From Candidatus Aphodosoma sp. (lineage in GTDB: Bacteria; Bacteroidota; Bacteroidia; Bacteroidales; Paludibacteraceae): a DNA stretch of 64,000 nucleotides. Shown piece by piece: positions 27,274 through 37,462 of this stretch (position 1 is its first letter; the number at the start of each line of letters is the position of its first letter). The DNA lies in NCBI GenBank assembly GCA_045600865.1, contig JAZRYS010000168.1:1556-65555 (forward strand). The letters run 5' to 3'. Below the pieces are notes generated by a model that was given only the letters and a program-made list of their open reading frames with translations, had not been told where the DNA came from and did no database searches. A program made the translations under genes and the position numbers.

Positions 27274-28731
27274 TTATTTTACCTTCAGGTCGTAGCCGTA
27301 TATCGTGTTGCTGCTTGGTGCAGTCCAGAAATGGCGCAACACACCATCGATGATAACGTCTTTACTGTCACTATCACCGTCATAGAGAATTGGCACGTCA
27401 ATCTTGATGTCTTTCTCGACCTGTGCCTCGCCCTTTTCAATGTCAATCCATGCCTTATAGAGGTTAACATTCGAACCAGAAAGAGGTGTATTGACGAAGG
27501 TCATCAGTATGCGTGAATCGTCAGTTGTAACGAGTTTCGTCATATTTGACATAATGCTGCCTTTCGGAACCATTACCAACTGCTTGCCATCACCTTCGAA
27601 GTCCTTGTTTCCTGTCTGGTCAACAGTCTGCAGTGCTGTATATGCCTCAACACCGTTGGCATCAGACCATACGCATACGAGTTTGTGGCTGTTCTTGTCT
27701 AATGTGGCATACACATTCAAATATCCTGTACTGCAGCCAGTAGGGAGTATGTCAACTTCGCCAAAGCCGTTTGTCTTGCCATTTGCATCAAAATGATAGG
27801 CATAAGCTTTCAGAAGGGTGGATTCTCCGACTTTGCAGACAACGTATGCACCCCCGAGACCATCTTCGACAATCTTTGGACGGAAACCTAAAGAATAGAT
27901 CCTGTTGCTCATCAACAGTTCCTGACTCTGAATCGTTCCATCAGCCGAAATTTTAATGACATCAACATAGCCATCGATTTTTGCTTCGGTTGAGCCACCT
28001 CCGACTGGGTCGGCATACTGTACAATCATCAGCAAATCATTGTTTGAATTCACGAACATCTGTGGATTGCGGATATGACTCTTTGCTCCAGACGAGCCGT
28101 TGGCTGGGTCGAACAAGATAGGGTCTGTCACCATATTGCCCTCGCTATTGACACGAGCTACTGCCATCATTGGACCTGCACAAGCGGCAGCAACCCACGC
28201 ACCTCCGTTATTATCGGCAGCTACAAAGCCTTCGCATGGTGTAATGTTGGCATTTTCACCGAAATCGTAAAACAGTTTGCCATTCTCGCCCCATGCGAAA
28301 GAGCCGTCTGGACGTATCATCGTAATGTATGGGTGCATTATGTCACCGCTATCGCCCTTGGCACTATAGACATCTATCACATTGCCCTCGGTGGTAATGT
28401 CGAATACTGTTGTGCTTACCCAACTTATTGCTTCGCGTTTTGTCATCTGTATCCAATTGCTCCATTTTGCCTTGCCGTTGGCATCAACACACTGCATAAA
28501 TGGTACATAACAATCTTTGCTGACTTCAGCCCAGCTTTCGATGTAGGTACATTTGCTTTTGACATCCGATTTGTACAGCATTGCATCCATAACAAAATTG
28601 TCCAAGACAACGTAAATCTTGTTCTCTTCGACAGGCTTCGGTTCTACAGGATTATCTTTTTTGCATCCAACCAGACCTAAGACAAGGATTGATACTGATG
28701 TCAGCAAGTATCCAAGATTAATTTTTTTCAT
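27274..28731 (-). CDS. Lipoprotein, function unknown (possibly beta-propeller-like)
   Basis: Lipobox LVGC. 485 aa, with repeated G/D/N-rich beta-strand-like segments. I recognise no catalytic motif. Confidence 0.6.
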   Translation of the reverse strand: MKKINLGYLLTSVSILVLGLVGCKKDNPVEPKPVEENKIYVVLDNFVMDAMLYKSDVKSKCTYIESWAEVSKDCYVPFMQCVDANGKAKWSNWIQMTKREAISWVSTTVFDITTEGNVIDVYSAKGDSGDIMHPYITMIRPDGSFAWGENGKLFYDFGENANITPCEGFVAADNNGGAWVAAACAGPMMAVARVNSEGNMVTDPILFDPANGSSGAKSHIRNPQMFVNSNNDLLMIVQYADPVGGGSTEAKIDGYVDVIKISADGTIQSQELLMSNRIYSLGFRPKIVEDGLGGAYVVCKVGESTLLKAYAYHFDANGKTNGFGEVDILPTGCSTGYLNVYATLDKNSHKLVCVWSDANGVEAYTALQTVDQTGNKDFEGDGKQLVMVPKGSIMSNMTKLVTTDDSRILMTFVNTPLSGSNVNLYKAWIDIEKGEAQVEKDIKIDVPILYDGDSDSKDVIIDGVLRHFWTAPSSNTIYGYDLKVK

Positions 28732-28787
28732 ATTTATGTTTGATTTATTGGATTTGCGTAATGAAGACTTTTGCTGCCTTCAGAAAG

Positions 28788-29561
28788 TCATTGACGAAAT
28801 CTGTAAGTAATAGTGCCAGACACTGGCGAATTTCCCGAAGTGAACGTATTCTTCTTTGCAGCTTCCATGGCAGCTTCAATCACCTTTGCTGACTTGATGG
28901 TGGTTCCAGAACCCTTGATGGCATCAACCACCTTTCCACTTGCATCTATCCGTATAGCAATGACGACAACACCTTGCTCGCTGCCTGAATATGAAGGTTC
29001 TGCCAACTGACCTTTCAGGGTACGCCCGTTCACAGACCACAATCCATCCACTTTTTCGTTATCCACAAATGCATCTCCGGCTGACGGATTATTGACTTCG
29101 AGTGTGCCAAAGTCTCTCATTGCGTCAAAAATCTTGTTGCACAACGGTGAATCATTGCATTTGATGCTCCATTCCTCAATCAGGAAAGGATATTTCTTGC
29201 CTGTCGTGCCGTTCTCTTCAGTCATCTCAATACCCTCTTCGCATACCATCTCTATAGTGCTGTTTTTTCTGGCGATAGTTGTCTTTGACAGGTCTATCCT
29301 CACTGTATAGGTATTGTATTCACCCATGTCTATGTCAGCTACAGCACTATTATGAACGACATAGACAACAGTCAGCATAACGCCATCAAGCGTCACTTTC
29401 TCAACACTCTTTGGTATTCTGTCGTCATGCATCTTGCATTCCTTATAATACGGCAGTCTGACTGATTCTGTGTAAGTGGTCAGCAGGCGTTGCAGTTCTG
29501 CCTGGGCAGACATTCCTGCCGCACATGCGAACAGGGTGATGATAAACAATATTCTTTTCAT
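28788..29561 (-). CDS. Secreted protein with a TonB C-terminal-like domain
   Basis: The start is moved to the ATG at 29561, giving MKRILFIITLFACAAGMSAQ. The C-terminus QGVVVIAIRIDASGKVVDAIKGSGTTIKSAKVIEAAMEAAKKNTF resembles the TonB_C fold pattern. The ATG overlaps the upstream stop (ATGA). Confidence 0.55.
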   Translation of the reverse strand: MKRILFIITLFACAAGMSAQAELQRLLTTYTESVRLPYYKECKMHDDRIPKSVEKVTLDGVMLTVVYVVHNSAVADIDMGEYNTYTVRIDLSKTTIARKNSTIEMVCEEGIEMTEENGTTGKKYPFLIEEWSIKCNDSPLCNKIFDAMRDFGTLEVNNPSAGDAFVDNEKVDGLWSVNGRTLKGQLAEPSYSGSEQGVVVIAIRIDASGKVVDAIKGSGTTIKSAKVIEAAMEAAKKNTFTSGNSPVSGTITYRFRQ

Positions 29562-29905
29562 AGATACTTCACTCCATGTTTGTTCAACCATCTTTCCTCG
29601 CATTTGCGACGTTGGCCCTCGTTATGGGCTCTTTTTCGCGTCGCTTTGTACTGGCGTTCGCCAACCTCTTTGGCATAGCAAAGCACACCTTTATCGTTCT
29701 CAACGACAATCCAGCCGTCCAGAGTTATGTTGCAGTGCCAATGCTCGTCGCCTATTAGACGTATCATAACAGTATCGCCTTTGTCGGGCTGAACCTTTGC
29801 GATTGGATATGGGGCTGCGGGAACTCTCTGTGGGCCACGTCTCTCCTGGCCGAATGCAAAGACACTGGCAGCCAGCAAGGCTATCAATACAATACTTTTT
29901 CTCAT
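29558..29905 (-). CDS. Stand-alone paralogue of the N-terminal module of the adjacent M6-type proteases
   Basis: It has a signal peptide and DTVMIRLIGDEHWHCNITLDGWIVVENDKGVLCY. This aligns with STVRVRLAGDEFFSYMVTEDGRIV, STIEAELVGDEYHHCYKSLDGFIV and TTVEAELVGDEFWHGMVTREGMLL in the three proteases. There is no protease domain. Confidence 0.6.
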   Translation of the reverse strand: MRKSIVLIALLAASVFAFGQERRGPQRVPAAPYPIAKVQPDKGDTVMIRLIGDEHWHCNITLDGWIVVENDKGVLCYAKEVGERQYKATRKRAHNEGQRRKCEERWLNKHGVKYL

Positions 29906-32277
29906 AATATTTTGATAAAATAAATACTTTCTGGAGCATCAAATTCCATTACGTCACTTTCGGCATCACGTGTCATGAGAACACGTCCCATGCCATCTAT
30001 CACCATCACTCGCATTCCTTCTTTCAATCTCTCAATTCTTACCTTTCCGCCTATCACCTTTTCTCGGATAATCACAGGCTCATCCTCATCATCCTCAACT
30101 TCAACCACAGAGACAGGAGCCTTCTCTCCGCAGATATGGATATCACCGATACTGAAAGAATATATGTCAGAACTGAATCTAATCTTGGCATTTGGCTTCA
30201 CGTCATACAGAGTCACCCTGACAATATTAGTTCCCTTTGTTGCCAGTGGATACTCTGACGAATATCCATCTTCCGACATGATACCGAAATACGACCTTGA
30301 TTCCTGTGAGAGAATGAAAGCCACCTCTATGTCACCCTGCAATCCAAGTTCAGGAGTGATAAAGTATCCTTTCTCAGAATCATTTCCTACTTTCACCAAC
30401 CCAACATTTGATTCAAGGATGTTTCCTGTCCAGCCTTTGTTCTCAGTATAAGCATCGATATTCTGGGTGATGTTTATGCCTCTGCTGTTACCGATATTCT
30501 TGAATTGTTCTGTAAAACAGTCGCCATAATAATCTTCCACTATTGAACCATCTTTCCTGTACACAGCAAAAAGAATTGTGTTTCTCTTTGGATGGTACGT
30601 AGTTCCTGCATTGTCGATTTTCGAACTGTTCCCGGTCATTGATTCACACCATCCGACAAATTCATATCCATCATCAGCTGTCACGGAAGGAAGGATTACT
30701 CCTGCATATACCGAATCTTCAGTAAGTACTGTAGTGTCGGCTATGCCGAATCCTCTGTCGTCAAATGTCACCGTGAAAGGTCCTTTAGGTGCCCCGCCTT
30801 TTGCATCGAAACTGATGATATCGCCTGTTTCCGTTATGCTTGTCAGTGGATAATCAGTATATGGAGTGAATGTGGTGACGTGACGTGTTCCAGGGAATGG
30901 GTCGCTTGCGGATCCGTCCGTATTGGTGGAATTTCCAGCCTCGACAATATCAACCACCATGTCGTGTGGGTCGTTGTTTGCCTCGTTGCCATACCATTTA
31001 CTTGCATCCCATCTGATTTTCTCGACAAGCATGCCGTGTCCGGGCACGTAGCTGTCCCATGATTTATTCTGTCTGTTTTCAAGCACATAATATTCATCAG
31101 GCACAGGATTGTCGAAATCATAGTTGAATTCTCCTGTGCTGGTTATTATATATCCCTCATGACTGCTTAAGGTATAGTCCATTACATAGCTCTCGGAAGT
31201 TGATATTACAGGCGGGTTGAACCATCCCAATGAAAATCTCTCGAAAGTGGAATATCCCGCTGGGGTGTGTTCGTCGTTGAGATAGTTTCCGCTGCACATC
31301 AAATCCCAACTGCCAACTGTCTTATGGTCAGAGGAGTAATCAGTAACATATAGGTCCATGAGTCCCAACAGGTGAGAAAATTCATGACAGAAAGTTCCAA
31401 TGCCGCACAATGATGTATAGCCTTCTGGTCCTGCCAATTCAGAGGTGCAGCCATAATCATAAAGTTTCTTTCCTCCGAAAGTCAGTTCACTCTTGCTGTC
31501 AGCATCAGTGTTGCTTGTACTGACGACCCATCTGTGTGGCCAGATATAATTACTGTTGTTTCCGGAATAATTCTCGCCGCATCCTGCAAAGTAAATGAAC
31601 ACATTTTCGATGTAGCCGTCATTGTCGCCATCGTAATTTGCGAAATCCACGTTTGCGCTATTGTCTGCAGCCAGTTTTCTGACAGCATCAAGTACCATCT
31701 GTGCAGGGCGAGTGTCGTTGTCATAACTGGAAGGTGCTCCGTAATATGCAGTGTTGTGATCCAGGGTATATGGTCCGAAAACGTCGAAGTCAGGGCTATA
31801 GACACCTCCTGAATTGTCGGTGAAATACTGTTTTACCGACCCTGTTGCACCATAATTGCTGTACCCATTCTGGTTCAGCAGGTTATCGAATTCTGTTCTC
31901 GGATATGTGAAAGATTGGTCGCTGAAGTTAACAAGTATCACCAGGCATCTGGAATATGCACCACTACTTGTCTTTGCGGGCATCCTGCGCTGGTTCTCCT
32001 TCATCATCAGTCTGCTCATCTTGCGTCTGGCAGCGATGTATCTGGCACTCATATCCTCTTCGTTCATTCCTGTCTCCACCATCACGCCGCCCTGTTCTTT
32101 GACTATGCGTCCGTCCTCCGTCACCATATAACTGAAAAACTCGTCTCCAGCGAGTCTTACCCTCACGGTGCTTCCGTCGGCCATGAGTTTTTCCACATAC
32201 TGGTTATTGGCTGGCACAGACCATGCCATCGTGGCACCAAACAATGCGAGCACCAAACTGAATACAACCTTTCTCAT
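29902..32277 (-). CDS. M6 (immune inhibitor A-like) family metalloprotease with a T9SS-type C-terminal domain, paralogue 3
   Basis: Signal peptide. Zinc motif FCHEFSHLLGLMDLY (HExxHxxGxxD). Tail PVIIREKVIGGKVRIERLKEGMRVMVIDGMGRVL..IYFIKIL. Confidence 0.75.
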   Translation of the reverse strand: MRKVVFSLVLALFGATMAWSVPANNQYVEKLMADGSTVRVRLAGDEFFSYMVTEDGRIVKEQGGVMVETGMNEEDMSARYIAARRKMSRLMMKENQRRMPAKTSSGAYSRCLVILVNFSDQSFTYPRTEFDNLLNQNGYSNYGATGSVKQYFTDNSGGVYSPDFDVFGPYTLDHNTAYYGAPSSYDNDTRPAQMVLDAVRKLAADNSANVDFANYDGDNDGYIENVFIYFAGCGENYSGNNSNYIWPHRWVVSTSNTDADSKSELTFGGKKLYDYGCTSELAGPEGYTSLCGIGTFCHEFSHLLGLMDLYVTDYSSDHKTVGSWDLMCSGNYLNDEHTPAGYSTFERFSLGWFNPPVISTSESYVMDYTLSSHEGYIITSTGEFNYDFDNPVPDEYYVLENRQNKSWDSYVPGHGMLVEKIRWDASKWYGNEANNDPHDMVVDIVEAGNSTNTDGSASDPFPGTRHVTTFTPYTDYPLTSITETGDIISFDAKGGAPKGPFTVTFDDRGFGIADTTVLTEDSVYAGVILPSVTADDGYEFVGWCESMTGNSSKIDNAGTTYHPKRNTILFAVYRKDGSIVEDYYGDCFTEQFKNIGNSRGINITQNIDAYTENKGWTGNILESNVGLVKVGNDSEKGYFITPELGLQGDIEVAFILSQESRSYFGIMSEDGYSSEYPLATKGTNIVRVTLYDVKPNAKIRFSSDIYSFSIGDIHICGEKAPVSVVEVEDDEDEPVIIREKVIGGKVRIERLKEGMRVMVIDGMGRVLMTRDAESDVMEFDAPESIYFIKIL

Positions 32278-32287
32278 AATTTTTCTT

Positions 32288-33970
32288 TTATTCTATTCTT
32301 ATAAAATAGACCACTTCGGGAGCATCAAATTCCATGATGTTCTCTTCGGCCGTCTTCTGCGTCAATATGCGACCTGTGGCGTCAACCACTTTGACAGTCA
32401 TCCCTTCTTTGAGACGTTCTATTCTTACTTTGCCGCCTATTACTTTTTCCCTGATTATAACAGGTCCGTCTTCTTTTAAGACTTCTTCGACACTGGCTGT
32501 CACACCTAATGTAAAACTTATTTGTCCGTTGGACTCACTAATCTGACTCAACGCATAATTTGAGTATGGGTTAAACGTCCTTACCATGCTGGTTCCTGGG
32601 AATGGGTCGCTTGACGAAGTATAATAATATCCGCCATATTTCTGATCTCCTCCTGCAGCTACAACAACACAGCCGAGACTTGATTTGTTATTGTTTACTG
32701 TATTGTTTTCCCATTTCGAGGCACTGAAGTTTATTTTCCATACCAACATGCCGTGACCTGGCAGATAGGCATCCCAGCCTGACTTTTGTCTGTTCTCAAG
32801 CAGGTAATATTGCTTGGGCGACGGATTGTCTGGTCTCAGGTTGCTTTTTCCAGTAGAGGTTATCATGTATGCCTGTCCATTACCTGTATTCACATTGCTT
32901 AACGTATAGTTCCCCGACTGGTTCAGTACCGTAGGAGTAAGCCATCCGACATAAAATCTCTCTTGTGCTGAATATACAGGAGGTGTGTTCATGTCGTTGT
33001 TGTAGCATCCGCCATCCATGATGTCCCATTCTCCCGGTGTTGCCCATCTGTAACTATAGTTTGTGTCGTATAAGTCTGGCAATCCCAGTACGTGCGAGAA
33101 TTCGTGACAGAAGGCACCAATGCCGTTTCTTGTCGTTCCGTATGTGCCAGCCAATTCGCTTGAGCAGGCATAATCGTACAGAGTTTTTCCGCCATAGGTG
33201 ATTTGCCCAGTGACATCGCTACTGAAAATATAAAACTTGTGCGGCCATATAGTGTTCTCGCTGGCTCCTGCGCTCTCAGCATATCCGGCATAGAAGATGA
33301 ATACGTTGTCCACATATCCGTCGTTGTCGCAATCGTACTGCTGCAAAACATTCTGCCCTTCGGCCGCCACCATTTTTTCCACCGCATCGACAACCATCTG
33401 GTCGGCATGTGCATCATTTCCCCGAGAATCATTCTGACCATAATAACTCATATTGCGATCCAAAGTGTATGGACCGTAAACATCAAATTCCGGATTGTAT
33501 TTATTGAATGAGCAGGCTTTGAAATAATCTTTGGCAGAACCCGTGGCACCATTATAATTGTAGCCTTGCTGGTTCATCATGTTTGTAAAGGATTCATTGG
33601 TGTGGGTGAAGGCCTTGTCTTTGAAAGATACCAGAATGACTAATCCTTTTGACGCATAGTTGGTAGTTGTCACATCGATGCTCTTAGGCTCAATGGGGGC
33701 TTCCTGACGTGCCTTTGCCATCTGACGCATAGACGAGACTTTCGCTGCATCGTATCTCTCGTCCGTCTTGACATAAAAATTGTCCTCGGTCTGTCTAACG
33801 ATAAACCCATCCAGAGACTTGTAACAATGGTGATACTCATCACCGACCAGTTCAGCCTCAATGGTTGAACCGTCTCTTGTTACTAATTTCATGACTCCTG
33901 GCTTTGCAGGAATTGCCCATGCGGCTGCTGCCACCATAGCAATGGCGAAAACTAAAAATATCTTTTTCAT
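32288..33970 (-). CDS. M6-type metalloprotease with a T9SS-type C-terminal domain, paralogue 2 (short form)
   Basis: FCHEFSHVLGLPDLYD. Its tail is nearly identical in protein sequence to paralogue 3 (PVIIREKVIGGKVRIERLKEGMTVKVVD). It lacks the ~230-aa middle region of the other two. Confidence 0.75.
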   Translation of the reverse strand: MKKIFLVFAIAMVAAAAWAIPAKPGVMKLVTRDGSTIEAELVGDEYHHCYKSLDGFIVRQTEDNFYVKTDERYDAAKVSSMRQMAKARQEAPIEPKSIDVTTTNYASKGLVILVSFKDKAFTHTNESFTNMMNQQGYNYNGATGSAKDYFKACSFNKYNPEFDVYGPYTLDRNMSYYGQNDSRGNDAHADQMVVDAVEKMVAAEGQNVLQQYDCDNDGYVDNVFIFYAGYAESAGASENTIWPHKFYIFSSDVTGQITYGGKTLYDYACSSELAGTYGTTRNGIGAFCHEFSHVLGLPDLYDTNYSYRWATPGEWDIMDGGCYNNDMNTPPVYSAQERFYVGWLTPTVLNQSGNYTLSNVNTGNGQAYMITSTGKSNLRPDNPSPKQYYLLENRQKSGWDAYLPGHGMLVWKINFSASKWENNTVNNNKSSLGCVVVAAGGDQKYGGYYYTSSSDPFPGTSMVRTFNPYSNYALSQISESNGQISFTLGVTASVEEVLKEDGPVIIREKVIGGKVRIERLKEGMTVKVVDATGRILTQKTAEENIMEFDAPEVVYFIRIE

Positions 33971-33976
33971 AATGCT

Positions 33977-36370
33977 TTAATTTAAAACTACTGCAAAGGA
34001 ACAACCTTTCCTTCTAACTTCAATGACGTACAGACCTTGACCTCCGTCGAACACGAATGAACTGCCAGAAGCCTGCTTGTCAATTATTATCTTTCCTGTC
34101 ATGTCCATGACTCTGACATTGTCGCCCTCTTCCAATCCATAGACTATTCTGTCCGAACCTTCTCTCACGACAACTATCTCTTCGGTTGTCTCAACATCTT
34201 CTACTGGCGATTTCTTTGCACCACAAAATTCAATGTTGTCAACATAGAATATATTGGCTTCACATTGAATGGTGATTCTTGAATCGAGCTGTACGTTATA
34301 TAGATGGAACACATAGTCATCATAATTCTTGCTTATCAGGACAGTGTCTGTTGCCATGCCGGAACTTATAATCATATTAGTGGCAATCAGAGCCTTTGCC
34401 CTTACGGTGATTGTCATGTCTCCGGAAAGTCTCATGCTTGGTGTCACCAGCTTGCCTGCCTCATCGTTGTTTCCGCACTTGGCTGCACCATTGTCGCAGA
34501 ACACCTTTATTCCGTTCCAACCTGTCCAGTCGGCATATTTGTCTATCTTGTCAGAAATTTCAGTGTTCTTTGATTTTGTCAAGCCGTCGAACGTTTCGGT
34601 TGCACACCCTGTTTCGGTAGGCACGATTCTGCCTCCCTGAGAATATACAGCAAACAGTTCAATATCTCCCTCAGGATAATATGTCTCTCCTGGCAACCCG
34701 GCTGAAACCTCTGCTGCCGAAGATGATTCGCACCATCCTTCGAACTTGTATCCCTTGAAGACATTGCTTACGTTTGGCAGCACTACCCCTGCACCTATAC
34801 CGCTTTCAATGAGTTCCTGAGTGCTGCAGTCTGCTCTTCCCATGGCGTCAAAATTGACTTTGAAATACTGCCTTCCGCCTTTGTATTTGAACTTGACAAT
34901 GCCAAAGTCATCCTCAATGTCCGTCAATGGCTGACCGTCGTATGGAGTATATGACGTTACATTGCTTGTGCCTGGGAATGGATCACTTGCCTGGGCATAA
35001 TAGCCATGCACTCCGTCTGCCTCGATGATGTCAACTCCCATGTCGTGACTGTCATTGTTTACTGTATTGCTGTACCACTTATATTCATCGTAACTGACTT
35101 TGGTAATGAGCATACCCCCACCTGGCAGATAACTGTCCCATCCTTTCAGCTGTCTGCTTTCGAGCAGGAAAAACTCAGAAGGATTAGGGTCGGCACCATT
35201 CAGGTTATGGTGTTCTGTTGAAGAAATCAGATAAGCCTCTCCCTGACCGTTGTTGATGTCGTCAAGCGATATCATATCTGGTTCGCTCAGCACTGTTGGC
35301 TTCAACCACCCGAGATAGAATCTCTCGTATGCCGAATATGCGGGTGGTGTGTGTTCATTGTTCAGGTAGTTGCCGGCATCCATCACGTCCCAGAGCGAGC
35401 ATGTCCTGTGTCCGGAATAACCAGTATCGTACATGTCTGGCAAGCCAATGACGTGTGAGAATTCGTGGCAGAATGGACCAATGCCGCTCATGGTTGAGCC
35501 GCTGTTGCCGCTGAGCTCGCATGTGCAGGCGTAATTGCCCAATGTCACACCTCCGTATGTTGTGGTTCCATCAACCCAGCTTTCATAGACATACGACTGA
35601 TGCGGCCAGATGGTGGTTGAACCTCCTCCTGCATTCTCGCCATATCCTGCATAGAATACGAACACGTTGTCAACATATCCGTCATTGTCGCAGTCATATT
35701 GCCTGAACACGTTGTTGCCTTGGTCTGCAGCAAGTTTTGCAGCTGCATCTGCTATCATCTGCGCTGCATTCTGGTCTGACCCCTGACCACCATAGTTCTT
35801 GCCGTAATATGAGCAGGTATTGTCCAGCGTATAAGGTCCATAGACATCAAATGTCGGATTGTATTTTCCGTATGAGTTGTTCTGGAAATATTGCTTCACT
35901 GAGCCTGACTTATTGTTGCTTGGACCTGTCTCTTCGTTCATCATGTCGTCGAAGGCCGCATTTGTCTTCGTGAAAGCCTTGTCGGAGAAACTTACCAGTA
36001 TCACCAGCACTTTTCCCGGGAATTTCATGTCGCCGATACCCATTGGCTTCATATTGTCTTCCTTGCCCACCGAGCGTATTCTCTTATATTCAGCTTCTCT
36101 CTGTTTCAGAAGACTTTGTGCCCTCATGGCAGCAATATCGACATTTGCAATGTTCTGATTTGTCACTTCAAACAGACCTGGTTGGACTTCACGCAGGAGC
36201 ATTCCTTCCCTTGTTACCATTCCATGCCAGAATTCATCACCTACCAATTCTGCCTCAACCGTGGTTCCATTAGTTTTCTTTACTTCGAACCAACCTCTCT
36301 TAGCTGGAACTCCCCAGCAGGCATTAATGATGCTTAATGACATTAACCCTGTTAAGAATAACTTTTTCAT
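33977..36370 (-). CDS. M6-type metalloprotease with a T9SS-type C-terminal domain, paralogue 1
   Basis: FCHEFSHVIGLPDMYD. Signal peptide present. The ATG overlaps the stop of the upstream AI-2E transporter gene (ATGA). Confidence 0.75.
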   Translation of the reverse strand: MKKLFLTGLMSLSIINACWGVPAKRGWFEVKKTNGTTVEAELVGDEFWHGMVTREGMLLREVQPGLFEVTNQNIANVDIAAMRAQSLLKQREAEYKRIRSVGKEDNMKPMGIGDMKFPGKVLVILVSFSDKAFTKTNAAFDDMMNEETGPSNNKSGSVKQYFQNNSYGKYNPTFDVYGPYTLDNTCSYYGKNYGGQGSDQNAAQMIADAAAKLAADQGNNVFRQYDCDNDGYVDNVFVFYAGYGENAGGGSTTIWPHQSYVYESWVDGTTTYGGVTLGNYACTCELSGNSGSTMSGIGPFCHEFSHVIGLPDMYDTGYSGHRTCSLWDVMDAGNYLNNEHTPPAYSAYERFYLGWLKPTVLSEPDMISLDDINNGQGEAYLISSTEHHNLNGADPNPSEFFLLESRQLKGWDSYLPGGGMLITKVSYDEYKWYSNTVNNDSHDMGVDIIEADGVHGYYAQASDPFPGTSNVTSYTPYDGQPLTDIEDDFGIVKFKYKGGRQYFKVNFDAMGRADCSTQELIESGIGAGVVLPNVSNVFKGYKFEGWCESSSAAEVSAGLPGETYYPEGDIELFAVYSQGGRIVPTETGCATETFDGLTKSKNTEISDKIDKYADWTGWNGIKVFCDNGAAKCGNNDEAGKLVTPSMRLSGDMTITVRAKALIATNMIISSGMATDTVLISKNYDDYVFHLYNVQLDSRITIQCEANIFYVDNIEFCGAKKSPVEDVETTEEIVVVREGSDRIVYGLEEGDNVRVMDMTGKIIIDKQASGSSFVFDGGQGLYVIEVRRKGCSFAVVLN

Positions 36371-37458
36371 CTGTCAGTTTCCTCTATCTTTTTCTCTTTT
36401 CTATCAGATAATACGACTCTTTTGTAATATGAGATTATTAGTGTTGTCATCGGCAATGCAATGATCATTCCCACCAGGCCGAGCAATGACCCCCAAATAG
36501 CCAATGCCAGCAGTATTATTGCCGGTTTCAGTCCCATGGCTTTGCCCATTATCTTTGGCACAAGCACCAAATCCTGTGTTGCCTGCACAACACAAACGAC
36601 AGCCGTGCATTCCACTGCTATTATCCAGAATGGGGTTCCTGTTTCAGCACTCTGCATCCATGCCAGGAATGCCAATGGTACCAATCCTGCAACCTGCAGG
36701 TATGGCACAAGGTTAAGCAAGCCGATAAACAATCCTATTGTAATTGCCATTGGCACACCCACAATCAAAAATCCTATGGAAAACAAAATTCCGACAATGA
36801 ACGCTATGAGTGCCTGACCTCTGAAATAGCTGTTCATGCCCTTTTCTACGTCATCAAATATGCCGTAGACCACAGATCTGTATTTTTTTGGAACAATGTT
36901 TCGGAATCCTTCATTGATTTTGTCGTAGTCAAGCATGATGAATATCAAGTAGAGTATGATAATGACAATAACTGCCAGTGCTGCTATCATTTTCCAGATA
37001 CCTTGCATCAAGCCGATGACACCTGGCCATATTTTTTCCACTGCGGATTGTACTGTCTGTACATTTATCATCTGCAGGAAATCATTATCTTTCAGATATG
37101 TATTGACATAATCAGTTATATCATGAACGAAAATCTGAGTATCTTTCTCTTCCCAAAACGTGAGAAACAGAGTTTCTGCCTTTGTTGTTTCGTCAATGAT
37201 TGCAGGTATCAGCATAAATCCCAACCCGACCAGGAATGTAACCAGAAGCAGCAGCACTATTACGACAGGAAGTCCGCGACTTTTCATTTTCATCTTTTTC
37301 TGGAACCACACAACTATGGGGTTCATCAGGTATGCTATGAGCCATGCCACAATAAATGGAATCAGTACGCCGCTCAGTGTCTTGAGCAGCAGGAATAATA
37401 GGACAGCAGAAACTATCCACACAATTCCATGCATGACTTTGTCGAATGTGTATGTCAT
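36367..37458 (-). CDS. AI-2E (PerM/YhhT) family transporter
   Basis: 363 aa with about 8 predicted TM segments. The overall pattern is typical of the AI-2E family. Confidence 0.7.
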   Translation of the reverse strand: MTYTFDKVMHGIVWIVSAVLLFLLLKTLSGVLIPFIVAWLIAYLMNPIVVWFQKKMKMKSRGLPVVIVLLLLVTFLVGLGFMLIPAIIDETTKAETLFLTFWEEKDTQIFVHDITDYVNTYLKDNDFLQMINVQTVQSAVEKIWPGVIGLMQGIWKMIAALAVIVIIILYLIFIMLDYDKINEGFRNIVPKKYRSVVYGIFDDVEKGMNSYFRGQALIAFIVGILFSIGFLIVGVPMAITIGLFIGLLNLVPYLQVAGLVPLAFLAWMQSAETGTPFWIIAVECTAVVCVVQATQDLVLVPKIMGKAMGLKPAIILLALAIWGSLLGLVGMIIALPMTTLIISYYKRVVLSDRKEKKIEETDR

Positions 37459-37462
37459 ATCC

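Noticed and set aside
29059-29067. Perfect DnaA box TTATCCACA inside the TonB_C-like gene.
   Set aside because: It is isolated, intragenic and has no neighbouring boxes. Roughly one perfect 9-mer match is expected by chance in 64 kb on two strands. I used it only as a caution for interpreting the 18.8-19.1 kb cluster.
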